Shown here: piece by piece, positions 1-13,936 of the stretch
How the letters are laid out: each line of letters opens with the position of its first letter
Numbering within the stretch: position 1 is the stretch's first letter
NCBI GenBank assembly: GCA_963765765.1
Contig: CAVXYC010000007.1
Coordinates: 110,069-174,068, forward strand
DNA length: 64,000 nt
Reading direction: 5' to 3'
Source: an uncultured Chloroflexia bacterium
GTDB taxonomy: Bacteria; Chloroflexota; UBA6077; JACCZL01
Made by a program: the position numbers and the translations under genes
Notes under the pieces: generated by a model
What the model saw: only the letters and a program-made list of their open reading frames with translations
Told to the model about the DNA's origin: nothing
Database searches by the model: none

Positions 1-1335
1 AGCGTGGCGTGGTGGGCCCGGAGTACGGCCAGCGATTGGCCTCCGGCGCTGGACCAGCGACAGCCCGGCCGTTTCATCCGCTGCTGGACGAGGTGTTTGG
101 CGGCCGATTCCACCGCGCCCGACCCGATGGGCAGCCCCTGAGCTCGAAACTCCGGATACCGCATCCGCTGGCGATTGCTCTGGAAGTACCCGCGCTCCGT
201 GGCCACCACCCGGCGCGCCTCGGCCGTCGGCGGCACGAGCTCCCGCAGGCGCGCCAGCACCGCTGCAGCCCCGTGCGCTCCACAGCCCGGCGAGGCTCAC
301 CGCGACCCAGTCCGCGGCCGCGGCGGTGCCCGCGCCGAAGACCGCCCGGGCCACGGTCCAGACATGCTCGCTGGCGTGGTACCAATCGACAATCTCCAGA
401 CGCTCGCCGAACTGCTCCGCAGCCGCCGTCCAGATCCAGCGCGCGCCGTCGCCTAGCACGACAACCGCCCGCAACCTCGCCAGCCCGGGCCCGGTGACCG
501 GGCCATCGACGCCGAGGATGTCCAGGCCGCCCCGCCGCGCCACTTCGGCGCCCCAGCGCCCGGCGAACGGCCCCACCGGCTCGCGGGCCGCCACGTAACT
601 CGGGGCCTCCAAGCGCTGCCGTTCCGGGGGCGCAGCCGGATCCCAGCCGCCGACCACGCCGAGTTTGACTTCGTGCCAGCCATCGTTGAAGCGCACCAGC
701 ACGCCATCGGTTTCAGCGACCAGCTGGTGCGGGGCGGCGTCCACCGGCCCGGCCGGGGCCCGCGTCCGTTCGACGGTGGCGCGGTCGGCCTGCTGAGCCT
801 GATCGAGCGCGGCCCCGGCGGCCTCGGTCTGGGTGCGCACCGTCTCGGGACTCACGGCCAGGCCGGTCAGGTCCTCGAGCAGGTCGGCGGCCTCGGCAAA
901 CGCCGTGGCGCCCCCCAGCCGGACCAGCCAGGCGCGCAGCGGGCCGCTCAGGCGCTGGTGCGGCGCGAGGCCCAGCGTGCGGTCGGTCGGGCTCCAGCCG
1001 TGGCGGCAGGTCGGGCAGTGCGCCCACGGGCGCGACCAGCGGACCGGGCCGCAGACCGTGACCACCTGGCGGGAACGCCAGCTGTGCGTGGGCGCGGTCG
1101 TGCCGCACTCCGGACAACGGGACCGGTCGCGCTGGAGCCCGGGATCCAGACTGCGCTGGGTAGCCGCGATCATCCCGGCGACCAGCGTCGGGGCCACGGT
1201 GCGCAGCTCGGTCTGGACCTGGCGCTCGAGATCCGTCAGAGAGGCATCGCGGTGGGCGCGCGCCCAAGCCGCCAAGCGGTGGGCACAGGCGGCGAGCGGT
1301 GCGACAATCGTCTCGGGAAGGTTCTCCGCGTCCAT
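1..1335 (-). mobile_element. ISKra4-family DDE transposase (3' end runs off the window; frameshift near 272)
   Basis: Not in the ORF track. Manual minus-strand translation from ATG 1335 gives MDAENLPETIVAPLAAC..., a zinc-ribbon CPECG...CPTC, ETDG, LGDGARWIW and IVDWYHASEH. After a frameshift it continues RMRYPEFRAQGLPIGSGAVESAAKHLVQQRMKRPGCRWS. These are ISKra4-type motifs. Confidence 0.85.
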
Positions 1336-1435
1336 GCGACCTTCCTCGCGGCCGGGGCGTCTCACTGCCCCGGCCGCCTCGGCATGAGAATCCGCGTTCG
1401 CAGCGTAACCCATCCGCTCCGGTCTCACCACCCGC

Positions 1436-1460
1436 TCTTCAACAACTTTTGGTTACACCC
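1436..1460 (-). repeat. Putative left terminal inverted repeat of the IS element
   Basis: Minus strand starts GGGTGTAACCAAAAGTTGTTG at 1460, about 125 bp upstream of the transposase start. The partner end lies outside the window. Confidence 0.45.
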
Positions 1461-1606
1461 TCGTGCGCTGGCGCCCTTCTCAACCCGAAGATTCGGCGCT
1501 ACAATGCCGAACCTGACATCCTGGGTGTACAACGTTGCCGCCGACGTCTTGGGCGGCTCTCCAGCATTCGTTCAAGCGTGGGGGTCCGACGCGGAGGAGT
1601 TGAGCT

Positions 1607-2827
1607 ATGGCAGGGCGATTCAGGGAATTCGTCCCTGGGGGTTGGTGGCGACGACTGACTCGAGCGATGGTGATGACAACGGTTGCGGTGCTGATCGCTG
1701 GCTGCTCCAGTCCGGCAGTGTCACCCACCGCACAGCCGGCCAAACCCACCTCACCACCGGCCGCTGCACCAGCAGGAAGTCCCGCGGCGGCGGCCAGCCC
1801 AGGCGCAGCAGCCGCTCCCGCGGCCAGTCCGGCCGCTTCGTCTGCGGCGGCCGCTCAACCCTCGTCCAACGTGGCCGCGGCGCTGGCTGCACCCAAGCCT
1901 TCGGATCGTAAGAGCATCATCTATGGCGCCACGGGGCTGAGCTGGAACCTGGTTCCAGAGCTGGTAGCCCAGGAGAAGGGCTTCTTCGAGTCCGAGAACC
2001 TGGCCGTGGAAACGGTCATGGCCGGCGCCTCGGCATCAGTCTGTCAACAGCTTCTTGCTCGCGCCATCCAGATCGGCGGCTGTTCGCTCAACGACATGAT
2101 GCAGGCGGTTGAGGCCAGCGGCGCGCCGCTGATCATGGTGATGAACGAGACGATCACCGCGCTGCAGTACTCGCTCATGACCAAGTCCAACATCAAGACC
2201 TGGGCGGACTTGAAGGGCAAGTCCATCATCGTGGGCGGCCCGAAGGACAACACGGTCTTCTACATTCGAGCCATGGCCCGCGCGAACGGCCTGCAGGACA
2301 ATGAGTATGACTTCCAGTTCGCGGGGACCAGCGGCCAGCGGCTGGCGGCACTGAAGTCCGGCGCGGTGGACGGTAGCATCCTGACCGATCCGTTCGATAC
2401 TCAGGCCGAAGCTGATGGGTTCAACAAGCTCGACGTTCTCCTGCCGAAGTATGTGACCCCTGAGAACTACGCCGGCGGTGGACCGATCATCGTTCGCGAT
2501 TGGGGTCGAGACCACCAGGATGAGGTGGGGCGTTTTATACGAGCGATCCTGAAGAGCGTCAACTGGATCAACAATCCAGCCAACAAGCTGGAGCTCTTCG
2601 GCATCGTCGGCCCCAAGTTGAACCTGGCCCAGGACGCCTTCGACCGTGTCTACGAGAAGACGCTGGTGAGCAGCAAGCAGTGGTCGTCGGATGGGCAGAT
2701 CAGGGAATCGGCTGTCCAGGGCGTCATCCAGTCTCTGGTAGACCTCGGAAATCTGAACCCACCTGGGCCCACAGCCAGCAAGTTCTATGACGCTTCGTAT
2801 CTCGAAGCAGCCCTACGTCCACGGTAG
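1607..2827 (+). CDS. ABC transporter substrate-binding lipoprotein, NMT1/SsuA/THI5-like
   Basis: Lipobox VLIAGC, Pro/Ala-rich linker, AQEKGFFESENL, KTWADLKGKSI and RLAALKSGAVDG motifs. Confidence 0.85.
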   Translation: MAGRFREFVPGGWWRRLTRAMVMTTVAVLIAGCSSPAVSPTAQPAKPTSPPAAAPAGSPAAAASPGAAAAPAASPAASSAAAAQPSSNVAAALAAPKPSDRKSIIYGATGLSWNLVPELVAQEKGFFESENLAVETVMAGASASVCQQLLARAIQIGGCSLNDMMQAVEASGAPLIMVMNETITALQYSLMTKSNIKTWADLKGKSIIVGGPKDNTVFYIRAMARANGLQDNEYDFQFAGTSGQRLAALKSGAVDGSILTDPFDTQAEADGFNKLDVLLPKYVTPENYAGGGPIIVRDWGRDHQDEVGRFIRAILKSVNWINNPANKLELFGIVGPKLNLAQDAFDRVYEKTLVSSKQWSSDGQIRESAVQGVIQSLVDLGNLNPPGPTASKFYDASYLEAALRPR

Positions 2828-2837
2828 CGGAGGAAGC

Positions 2838-3632
2838 ATGATCGAGGAACATTCACACATTGGGGCAAAGACCTCTTGGGTGGATATCGGCAACGGAACC
2901 AGGGCATTCCTGGCGATCCCCGGCCGACTTCCGCCACCGTACAGCGCCGTGGTGTTGGGTCACGAGCGCTATGGCCTGGTGCAGCACACCCTGGACCTGG
3001 CGGCCAAGTTCGCCTCGTACGGCTTCGCCGCCGTGGCGCCGGACATGGCCTCACACTGGGATGGCGATAAGGAAGCGCTGAATCGCGGCGACGCGCGGCT
3101 GGAGCTGGACGACGGCCAGATCCGTCAATACATGGGGGCTGGGTTCGACTACCTGAAGGCGCTGCCGGAAGTGGATGGCGCCTCGATCGCGGCGATGGGC
3201 GTGTGCCAGAGCGGCGCGTACCCGCACCTGCTGAACAGCGTGAAACCGGATGTGGCCGCGAACATCGTCTTCTACGGCGGCGTGGACCCGAGCGACGAGG
3301 TAGTTGAGGCCATTACCGCACCCACGTTGGCCGTGTTTGGCGAGGCCGATCACATCATCTCCATCCCCAAGATCTATGAGTTCCGAGCCAAGCTCGAAAA
3401 GTTCGAGAAGAATTACGAGATCAAGCTGTTTCCGTCCATGCCGCACGGCTGGCTGAACGACACCATGCCCGGTCGATATCGGCAGCGCCAGGCGGAAGAG
3501 GCCTGGGTGCTGATCATGGAGTTCATGTCGCGAGTTCTTGGCAACGGCTATCCCGAGGACCGCGTTCGCTGGAAAATGGGCGCCGAGTACTCCACCAGCT
3601 ACGACTTCTCCAAAAACGTTCGGCTCGCTTGA
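2838..3632 (+). CDS. Dienelactone hydrolase family protein
   Basis: GHERYGL, APD, GVCQSG nucleophile elbow, FGEAD and PHGWLN. GGAGG RBS before ATG 2838. Confidence 0.85.
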   Translation: MIEEHSHIGAKTSWVDIGNGTRAFLAIPGRLPPPYSAVVLGHERYGLVQHTLDLAAKFASYGFAAVAPDMASHWDGDKEALNRGDARLELDDGQIRQYMGAGFDYLKALPEVDGASIAAMGVCQSGAYPHLLNSVKPDVAANIVFYGGVDPSDEVVEAITAPTLAVFGEADHIISIPKIYEFRAKLEKFEKNYEIKLFPSMPHGWLNDTMPGRYRQRQAEEAWVLIMEFMSRVLGNGYPEDRVRWKMGAEYSTSYDFSKNVRLA

Positions 3633-3659
3633 GCCAGATTCCAACCACGGAGGCACACA

Positions 3660-4631
3660 TTGGCTAACCTGCCATTCTGGACAACCGAGCTGAAGCCGGG
3701 CTATCCCCAGGTCACCACGAAGTGGGTCGAGATCGGCGATGGGATCAAGGCGTACGTGGCGATCCCGACCGAGGGCACGGCGCCTTTCCCGGCGATGGTC
3801 CTGGGCCACGAGCGCTACGGCCTGGTGCTGGACACGCTGGAGCAGACGGCGAAGTTCGCCGCTTACGGCTACGTGTGCATCGCGCCTGACATGGCCGCCC
3901 ACTTTGAAGGCGACAAGGACGCGCTGGCCAAGGGCCACATTATGGGCGGCTGGAACGACGGCATCGTCCGAGAGTACATGACCCTGAGCTACGACTACCT
4001 GCTGACGATGCCCGAGGTTGACACCAACAAGATCGCCGCCATCGGCCTGTGCGCCAGCGGGCACTGGCCATGGCTCCTGAATGCCGAGCGGCCCGACCTG
4101 GCGGCATGTATCTGCTACTACGGCGGCGGCCCGTATAACGAAGAGCTGATGGACAAGGTCACCGCGCCGACGCTCTACGTGTACGGCGAGAAGGACCACA
4201 CCACGCCGATCTCGCGCGTGTTCAACTTCCGCGACGAGATGGAGCGACACCACAAGAGCTGCGAGATCCGCCTGGAACCGGACATGCATCACGGCTGGCT
4301 CAATGACACGATGGCCGGCCGCTATCGGCAGAAAGAAGCCCAGGAGGCGTGGGATCGGATCATCGAATTCATGGAGCGAGTCTTCGCCGGTTACTACTCG
4401 AACGACCGGGTGAAAATCCGATTCGAGGCGGATTTCGCGAGGGACTACGACTTCAAGAAGCTGGTCCGTTGGGGTGAGCTGCCCTACCCTGAGCCCGACG
4501 TCGCCTCAATCAACACGCTCAAGGCGAAAGTGGCCAGTGGTGAGCTGCCGCCGTCCGAGATCGATCGGATGGAGACACTGTATTCGGAGTTTTTCGACGA
4601 GCATCCGCACCTCAAGCCGTCGAACGCGTAG
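3660..4631 (+). CDS. Dienelactone hydrolase family protein (tandem paralog)
   Basis: GHERYGL, GLCASG, YGEKD and HHGWLNDTM. GGAGG RBS before a TTG start. Confidence 0.85.
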   Translation: MANLPFWTTELKPGYPQVTTKWVEIGDGIKAYVAIPTEGTAPFPAMVLGHERYGLVLDTLEQTAKFAAYGYVCIAPDMAAHFEGDKDALAKGHIMGGWNDGIVREYMTLSYDYLLTMPEVDTNKIAAIGLCASGHWPWLLNAERPDLAACICYYGGGPYNEELMDKVTAPTLYVYGEKDHTTPISRVFNFRDEMERHHKSCEIRLEPDMHHGWLNDTMAGRYRQKEAQEAWDRIIEFMERVFAGYYSNDRVKIRFEADFARDYDFKKLVRWGELPYPEPDVASINTLKAKVASGELPPSEIDRMETLYSEFFDEHPHLKPSNA

Positions 4632-4923
4632 CTTATCGCCCCACAGAGCCGCATCCCGAGGGCAAGCGTGCATTCGAACGGTTGGTTGGCGTCTCCGACC
4701 CCGATGTCCAGTGGATGGTTCGAGAGAATCTCAAGAAGGCACGCCTCCGGCGAATGGACGCAGCGTGGATTGAGCGGCTCACGGCCCAGGTTGCTCGAAC
4801 GTCCGTAATTCCCTTCCCGTAGCTCAGTTCAGCACCCCGTGCAAAACTACATATTAGGTATGCATTGTGCTTCCTTTAGCGCTCACGCCAGATACCATCG
4901 AACGCAAACTCAAGGGGGGCAAC

Positions 4924-7132
4924 ATGCCGGGTCAGAGTCGAGCCAACAACAATCAGAACGCCAAGCAGAAAGATCTGGAGCCGCAGAAGCGATCGGATGC
5001 CGATCAGCCGCTCACGACAAATCAGGGCATTCGCGTAAGCGACAACCAGAACTCGCTCAAGGTGGGCTCTCGCGGTCCGACGCTGCTGGAGGACTTCGTC
5101 CTGCGTGAGAAGATCACGCATTTCGATCATGAGCGCATTCCGGAGCGAGTGGTCCATGCGCGTGGAGCGGCGGCGCATGGAGTTTTCCAGGTATACGAGT
5201 CACTCGCCGAATTTACATCGGCAAAGTTTCTCCAGGACCCGGCGCGTCGGACACCCGTCTTTGTTCGCTTTTCTACGGTCGCCGGCTCTCGCGGGTCCGC
5301 GGACACTGTGCGCGACGTACGGGGCTTTGCTACCAAGTTCTACACGGACGAAGGGAATCTTCGATCTCGTTGGGAACAACATTCCCGTCTTCTTCATTCA
5401 GGACGCAATTAAGTTCCCCGATCTGGTGCACTCGGTGAAACCGGAGCCACACAACGAGATTCCGCAAGCGGCCTCGGCGCACGATACGTTCTGGGACTTC
5501 ATCTGGCTTACGCCTGAAGCGATGCACATGATCATGTGGCATCTCTCGGACCGAGCAATTCCCCGGAGCTTCGCGATGATGGAGGGCTTCGGCGTCAACA
5601 CCTTCGTCTTCGTCAACGACGCCGGCCAGCGGCGCTTCGTGAAGTTTCACTGGAAACCCGTTCTGGGTAAGCATTCGCTGGTGTGGGATGAAGCGCAGAA
5701 GCTCGCTGGAAAGGATGCTGACTTCCATCGCCGCGATCTCTGGGAGTCGATTGAGAAGGGCAACTTCCCCGAGTACGAATTTGCCGTGCAGATGATCGAG
5801 GAGAAGGACGAGCAGGCCTTCGACTTCGACCCGCTTGACCCATCGAAAGTCTGGCCGGAATCGTTGGTCCCGCTGAAACGGGTCGGCAAGCTCACGCTCA
5901 ATAAAAACCCTGACAACTTCTTCGCCGAGACGGAGCAAGTCGCGTTCTGCCCGGCAAACGTTGTCCCGGGTATCGATTTTTCCAACGATCCCCTGCTGCA
6001 GGGGCGGCTGTTTTCCTACCTTGATACTCAGCTCAGCCGTCTGGGAAGCCCGAATTTCCATGAGCTGCCGATCAATCGGCCCCTGGCGCCCGTGCACAAC
6101 AACCAGCGCGATGCACACATGCGCTTCACGGTGAACCCCGGGCAGGTTAGCTATCAGCCGAACTCGCTAGGCAACGGCTGCCCCTTCCAGCCAGGCGCGG
6201 ACATGAGCGCATTCAGGAGCTTTCCCGAGCGCATCGAGGCTCAAAAGGTCCGCGAACGGAGCGAGAGCTTCCGCGATCACTTCAGCCAGGCCCGGCTGTT
6301 CTGGAGAAGCCAATCTGAAGTGGAGAAGGAGCACATCATCCTCGCATTCCGCTTCGAGCTTGGGAAGGTGGAAGCGATGTCGGTTCGTGAGCGTATGGTA
6401 GATCTGATCACCAACGTCGACATGGATCTGGCAGCCCAGGTGGCGGCGGGCATCGGCGTGGCCGATCCGAATAGCACCGGTGGTCTGGACGCGGCCCGCA
6501 AACGGCTCGAAGATGGCTGGAATACATTTGGCGCGACATCCAAGCCTATTTTCCGAACGATCGACGAGCCGACGACGGCTCCAGAGCTCAGCATGGCCAA
6601 TACCGTTGAGCCAACCATCAAGGGACGAAAGGTTGCAGTCCTGGCCGCGAACGGAGTTGAAGCCGCGCACGTGACCGGCATGAAGACGGCTCTCACCCGT
6701 GGCGGAGCAACCGTGGAGATCGTTGCGCCCTTACTGGGGAATATCAGCGGGGTTGATGGCAGCAGTCTCCACGTGGACAAGACGCTCATCTCTGCCGCAT
6801 CGATCATGTACGACGCGGTCTTCGTGCCCGGGGGCGACGCGAGTGTGGCCGCGCTCCGTCAAAGCGGCGACGCGGTGCACTTTGTGAGCGAGGCCTTCAA
6901 ACACTGCAAACCAATTGCCGCTGCCGGCGCGGGCCTCGATCTGTTACTCGCGGCGAACATCACCGGTGCACCAGTCGATGGGAAGGGGCCAGCGGCCGAG
7001 CTCCAGAACATCGAAGGCGTCGTGGTCGAACAACCGTCCATGAATATCGACGTCCTGGCCACGAAGTTCACCGATGCGATCAAACAGCACCGTTTCTTTA
7101 CCCGAGCGAATAAGGAGATGGTGCCTGCGTAG
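4924..7132 (+). CDS. katE: Large-subunit catalase HPII (frameshift near 5355)
   Basis: [28 protein letters not shown] and RLFSYLDTQ motifs plus a C-terminal glutamine-amidotransferase-like domain. Split over ORFs 4867..5412 and 5105..7132. Confidence 0.93.
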
Positions 7133-7150
7133 ATCGTAGAAATGACGTGG

Positions 7151-7179
7151 CCCGGGCCAGCCTGCGAGGCTGGCCCGGG
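7151..7179. terminator. Hairpin between convergent katE and HAD genes
   Basis: Perfect 13-bp stem CCCGGGCCAGCCT / AGGCTGGCCCGGG. Confidence 0.65.
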
Positions 7180-7204
7180 ACCAGCGAGATCAGAGGCTTA
7201 TCGC

Positions 7205-7948
7205 CTAGGCTCCGCCCCAGCCGCGCAGTAAGTCGGGTAGCTGTGAGAGCGTTTGCACGGTGGCGCTCGGGGTGACGTACTCCGGCTTGGGCCAGGGATT
7301 GGCGTTCTGACGCCAGATGCCGCGCATCCCGGCCGCCAGTGCGCCGGAGACGTCATCCACCATTCGGTCGCCGATCATGACGCAGGCCTCGTGCTCCACG
7401 CCAAGGCGACCGGCCACTTCCTCGAAGACAGACGGGTGAGGTTTGGAGTGGGGCAAGTCTGAGGTGTAGACCAGCTCGTCCAGAAACACGTCCAGACCAT
7501 GCGTGGCCAGGTCGGCGTTGTGCCAGGCCGCGGCCCACCAGGTATTGGAGAGCAGGCCCAGCTTGTAGCCGCGCTCGCGCAGCGTTTTAAGGGTGGCTCG
7601 AGAATCCGGAAAGACGATCGCCCAGCCATCTACGGCATGGGCGTATCCATCCAGCGCCGCCATAAGCTCGGCTTCCTCGGGATGATGTCCGAGTCGCCGA
7701 AATCCATCGAGGAGCAATCCGGAGGGCGGGCCGCTCCAGTGCTCGGTCTCCACGCGTCGCCAGTGGGCCATCTCGGCTTCGCGCATGGCTGCCACAAACT
7801 CCTGACGCTCAGGCCAATCGAGCCCCGGCAGCCCAGTCACCACGTGGTCATACGCCACACCCCAGATCCGGGGCGCGTCGTCAACCCAACCGGGCCAATC
7901 GACGAGAGTACCGCCGAGATCGAAGATGACGGCGCGAGGAATCGTCAT
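7205..7948 (-). CDS. HAD-family hydrolase
   Basis: FDLGGTL, LLSN, KPHP and MIGDRMVDDVSGA motifs. Confidence 0.88.
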   Translation of the reverse strand: MTIPRAVIFDLGGTLVDWPGWVDDAPRIWGVAYDHVVTGLPGLDWPERQEFVAAMREAEMAHWRRVETEHWSGPPSGLLLDGFRRLGHHPEEAELMAALDGYAHAVDGWAIVFPDSRATLKTLRERGYKLGLLSNTWWAAAWHNADLATHGLDVFLDELVYTSDLPHSKPHPSVFEEVAGRLGVEHEACVMIGDRMVDDVSGALAAGMRGIWRQNANPWPKPEYVTPSATVQTLSQLPDLLRGWGGA

Positions 7949-8075
7949 TGAATTAACAGTCGACAGTTCACAACTCGCAATCCTGGAGCAAGGCCTGGCG
8001 ATGACATGGTCTCATCACGGGCTGTAGAAGAAGGGAAACTGTTGACTGTCTACGGTGAGCTCTATCGACTCGTGC

Positions 8076-11047
<2,972 letters not shown>

Positions 11048-11053
11048 ATGCAG

Positions 11054-11062
11054 ATTTTAACA
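11054..11062 (-). promoter_or_regulatory. Extended -10 promoter, probably leaderless transcript of the membrane protein-gyrB unit
   Basis: Minus strand reads TGTTAAAAT-CTGCAT-GTG (TGn-TAAAAT), 6 nt before the start codon, with no RBS. Confidence 0.5.
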
Positions 11063-11288
11063 TAACGACCGAGATTGAATCGAAGATTGTTGTTACAGAA
11101 ACGTCATGCCGAGGATGGTGATTGGCATGAGTCCGGCGACCGTTTCTCCCGAACGCTTAACGGACTCATGCATGACTCTTTGATAAGTAACAAGTCATTT
11201 AGTAGACCAGCGGTACTCTACCGGTGCGTGGGTCGATACTGAATCTGGCCGTCCAAGCAGCCAATGCGGCCGTCGCTCACGAGGGCTT

Positions 11289-12128
11289 TCAAGTAACGAT
11301 TGGCGTCTCGCCTTCCCCCGACTCGGCCGCGATGGGTGCGGATGCGTTTCTGAACCAGGATCGTCCATGAGCGAAGAGGCTGACGTTGAGTAGCGCGATG
11401 TAGACACAGACACCAGACAGGATCAGGGATAGCTGAGTCACCCAGTCGTGGATCATCGCCTGCTGCACTCTCACGGTTTCGCGCGCGTTGGTGAGCGCAT
11501 CCAGAGCACTGGTTACCACGCTGGCTACCTCGACGATCCCTTCCACGACGCGCCTGCTAGCTTCTGCGATCCTGGTAAAGATCGATGTCCCCGGTGACTC
11601 CGTGTCGATGAGCTGCGAGCGGATGTCAGCGATTGTGGCATCGATCTCGCGAAATCGCCCATCGACCGCCTGAAGCTCCTCTATCGGCAGCGGCAGGACT
11701 GGTAATCCAGGGAAAACTCCTCGAAGCTGTTCCATGCGCGCACTTATCGTGGCGAGTCGCTCTCGGATTGCGATGTAGTTGTCGCGCGCGTCCCGCAAGC
11801 CGGCGACAATTTCTTCGTCAAGATTGCTGAGCAGGCCTTCGACGATGCGACGACTTATCACATTTTGTTCGGCGAGCGTCTCGGCTTGAGATCGCAGAGA
11901 GTCTACCCGGACGCGGGCCTCCTCCAATCGGACGCTCAGCTGCATTGCTCGCGCCTCCACCTCTTCGAGCTTGCCATCGCTGCCCACGATCACCGCGTCC
12001 AGCCGCTCGAACACGGCTCCGCGACCGGTCCAGATCCCCACGATCGCAAGGAGAGAAAGCACAATGGCCAGCACGCTGGCTATCATGGCCAGCAGTCCTA
12101 GCGGTCGCTTCAATCGGGGTGACTCCAT
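11289..12128 (-). CDS. Membrane-anchored coiled-coil protein
   Basis: N- and C-terminal TM helices flank a heptad-rich region. AAGGAG RBS. Confidence 0.75.
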   Translation of the reverse strand: MESPRLKRPLGLLAMIASVLAIVLSLLAIVGIWTGRGAVFERLDAVIVGSDGKLEEVEARAMQLSVRLEEARVRVDSLRSQAETLAEQNVISRRIVEGLLSNLDEEIVAGLRDARDNYIAIRERLATISARMEQLRGVFPGLPVLPLPIEELQAVDGRFREIDATIADIRSQLIDTESPGTSIFTRIAEASRRVVEGIVEVASVVTSALDALTNARETVRVQQAMIHDWVTQLSLILSGVCVYIALLNVSLFAHGRSWFRNASAPIAAESGEGETPIVT

Positions 12129-12713
12129 GCTGACTCCTTAAACCACGGGGCTATCCGCGCGAGTTGCCGGCCACGGCTCGTTTTCAGAAATTGTCCCGGC
12201 TTGATTTCTTCTTAGAGGACGAGTACGTCTGACCACCGTTCACGGTCGGACCGTGGTAGCACTCTCATCAGCCACCCCTGCAAACGCGCGTCCAGATGAT
12301 CGATTCCAGGGTCGTGCTCGTGGTAGATGCGCGATTCGATCATTCATATGAGCGAGCAATGCTAGGTGATGTGCAGCACGGCCCTGGCAACCTGAGCCTA
12401 CCGCGGGTTGCGCCCGCGCATTAATGCCAACTGTCATGCCCTGGGCCGCGCCGCGACGTGCGAATCGGCACTGCAGACGAGTTGGCGAACTGCGGTCCGG
12501 CAAATGGGGCGGCGGCGTAATTAGCAGCACTGCGAGGATTGTCGCCTGAAGTAGGGCGAGGTGGCGGAGCGCTGACGCCTGAAGGTGGCCCCACTCCTGT
12601 AGATAATTGGGGCGAGGAGTGCTTACGTTACGTCGCGCAACATTGGAATAGCTGATTGACCGATTTCAAACTTCATTACTCAGAGCGCCGGGCGAGCCGT
12701 CGGACGAGAAGGC

Positions 12714-13283
12714 ATGACTGAACAAGACAAAATGTTGCGAGGCGAGCTTTACGATGCCACCGACCCCCAGCTGGTACTCGCGCGCCGCCGAGCTCGCCAC
12801 CTCACGAAAGCATTGAACGAGAGCCGAGACGATGAACAAGCACACCGGGAGCAGATCATTGCCGAGCTGTTCGGATCGATCGGACATGGGATTTGGATCG
12901 AGCCGCCCTTCTATTGTGACTACGGCAGGAACATTCATCTGGGCAGCGCGGTCTTCTTCAACTTCAATTGCGTCATTCTGGACCCGGCGCGGGTGGACAT
13001 TGGCGATAACGTGCTGATTGGGCCGGCGGTTCAGATCTACACGGCCACTCACACCCTGGACCCTGAAACACGGCGCGCCGGGCTGGAGCTGGCCAGGCCC
13101 GTACGAATCGGCTCCGACGTCTGGATCGGCGGTGGGGTGATTATCAACCCCGGTGTGACCATTGGCTCGCGCACGGTTATCGGATCGGGCAGCGTTGTGA
13201 CGCGGGAAATTCCCGCGGCCGTCTTCGCAGCCGGAAATCCATGTCGGGTGATTCGCAAGCTAGACGCTCCATCTCTAAGTTAA
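12714..13283 (+). CDS. Sugar (maltose/galactoside) O-acetyltransferase
   Basis: KMLRGELYDA, IEPPFYCDYG, hexapeptide repeats and GNPCRVIR. Confidence 0.92.
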   Translation: MTEQDKMLRGELYDATDPQLVLARRRARHLTKALNESRDDEQAHREQIIAELFGSIGHGIWIEPPFYCDYGRNIHLGSAVFFNFNCVILDPARVDIGDNVLIGPAVQIYTATHTLDPETRRAGLELARPVRIGSDVWIGGGVIINPGVTIGSRTVIGSGSVVTREIPAAVFAAGNPCRVIRKLDAPSLS

Positions 13284-13382
13284 GAGAGGAGCGTCTCGGT
13301 GTGGTTGGTATGATTACGTCAGGTTGAGCGGCACGGCGCTGAACCCCCTTCCGGCTCCACACAGAAAGCGCTGTCTATCCTT

Positions 13383-13919
13383 ATGAACCGCACCAATAAG
13401 ATTGCTCTATTCCTTGATATGTCCAACCTCTTCTACGCGGCTCGATCTCTCAATATCCGATGGGACTACGGACGACTCGTTGGCACCCTCGCAAATGGCC
13501 GGCCGGTACTGCGCGCATATGCCTATCTAGGAATCGACCCTGAGAATCAGGAAGCGCGAAACCTGATGACCTGGCTTGATCGCAATGGCTTTCGCACTTG
13601 CGCCAAGGAGATCCACCAGCTTCCGGATGGCACGCTCAAAGCCAACATGGACGTGGAGATCGCCTGCGACATGATGGATCTGGCGGAATACGTGGACACG
13701 TCGATTCTGATCAGCGGCGACGGTGATTTCAGCTACGTCGTGAAAAAGGTCCAGGATCACGGGACGCGCGTGGAAGTAGCCGCGCTGGGTAGCATGTGCT
13801 CCCCAATCCTGAAGAACGCGGCCGATCAGTTCTCCGACCTGGAAGCAATGGTGCCCCAGATCCGACTCGAGGGCCGTCCGCTGTTCACCAATCCGGCGGC
13901 ACCAATGGGGGAGAGCTAA
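13383..13919 (+). CDS. NYN-domain (LabA/DUF88) protein
   Basis: FLDMSN, KANMDVEIACD, ISGDGDF and AADQF. Confidence 0.9.
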   Translation: MNRTNKIALFLDMSNLFYAARSLNIRWDYGRLVGTLANGRPVLRAYAYLGIDPENQEARNLMTWLDRNGFRTCAKEIHQLPDGTLKANMDVEIACDMMDLAEYVDTSILISGDGDFSYVVKKVQDHGTRVEVAALGSMCSPILKNAADQFSDLEAMVPQIRLEGRPLFTNPAAPMGES

Positions 13920-13936
13920 AAGCTAGGTCTAGGCGA

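Noticed and set aside
673-1911. 412-aa plus-strand ORF and other long antisense ORFs (e.g. 3051..4292, 25340..26134, 48439..49314)
   Set aside because: These are shadow frames opposite well-supported genes in high-GC DNA, with no motifs.
4815-4830. CCCGTAGCTCAGTT resembles a tRNA 5' end
   Set aside because: No anticodon arm, T-loop or acceptor stem follows.
5340-5365. Programmed frameshift in katE (and likewise lysA, polB)
   Set aside because: No slippery heptamer or stimulatory structure is evident, and window-wide indels point to sequencing error.
11051-11082. dif-like site (TTTTAACATAA resembles the XerD arm)
   Set aside because: No credible XerC arm at the 6-bp spacing. Better explained as the extended -10 of the adjacent gene.
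12130-12713. Long intergenic region as a possible ncRNA or riboswitch
   Set aside because: No recognisable Rfam-type motif or strong conserved stem seen by eye. An Infernal scan is needed.
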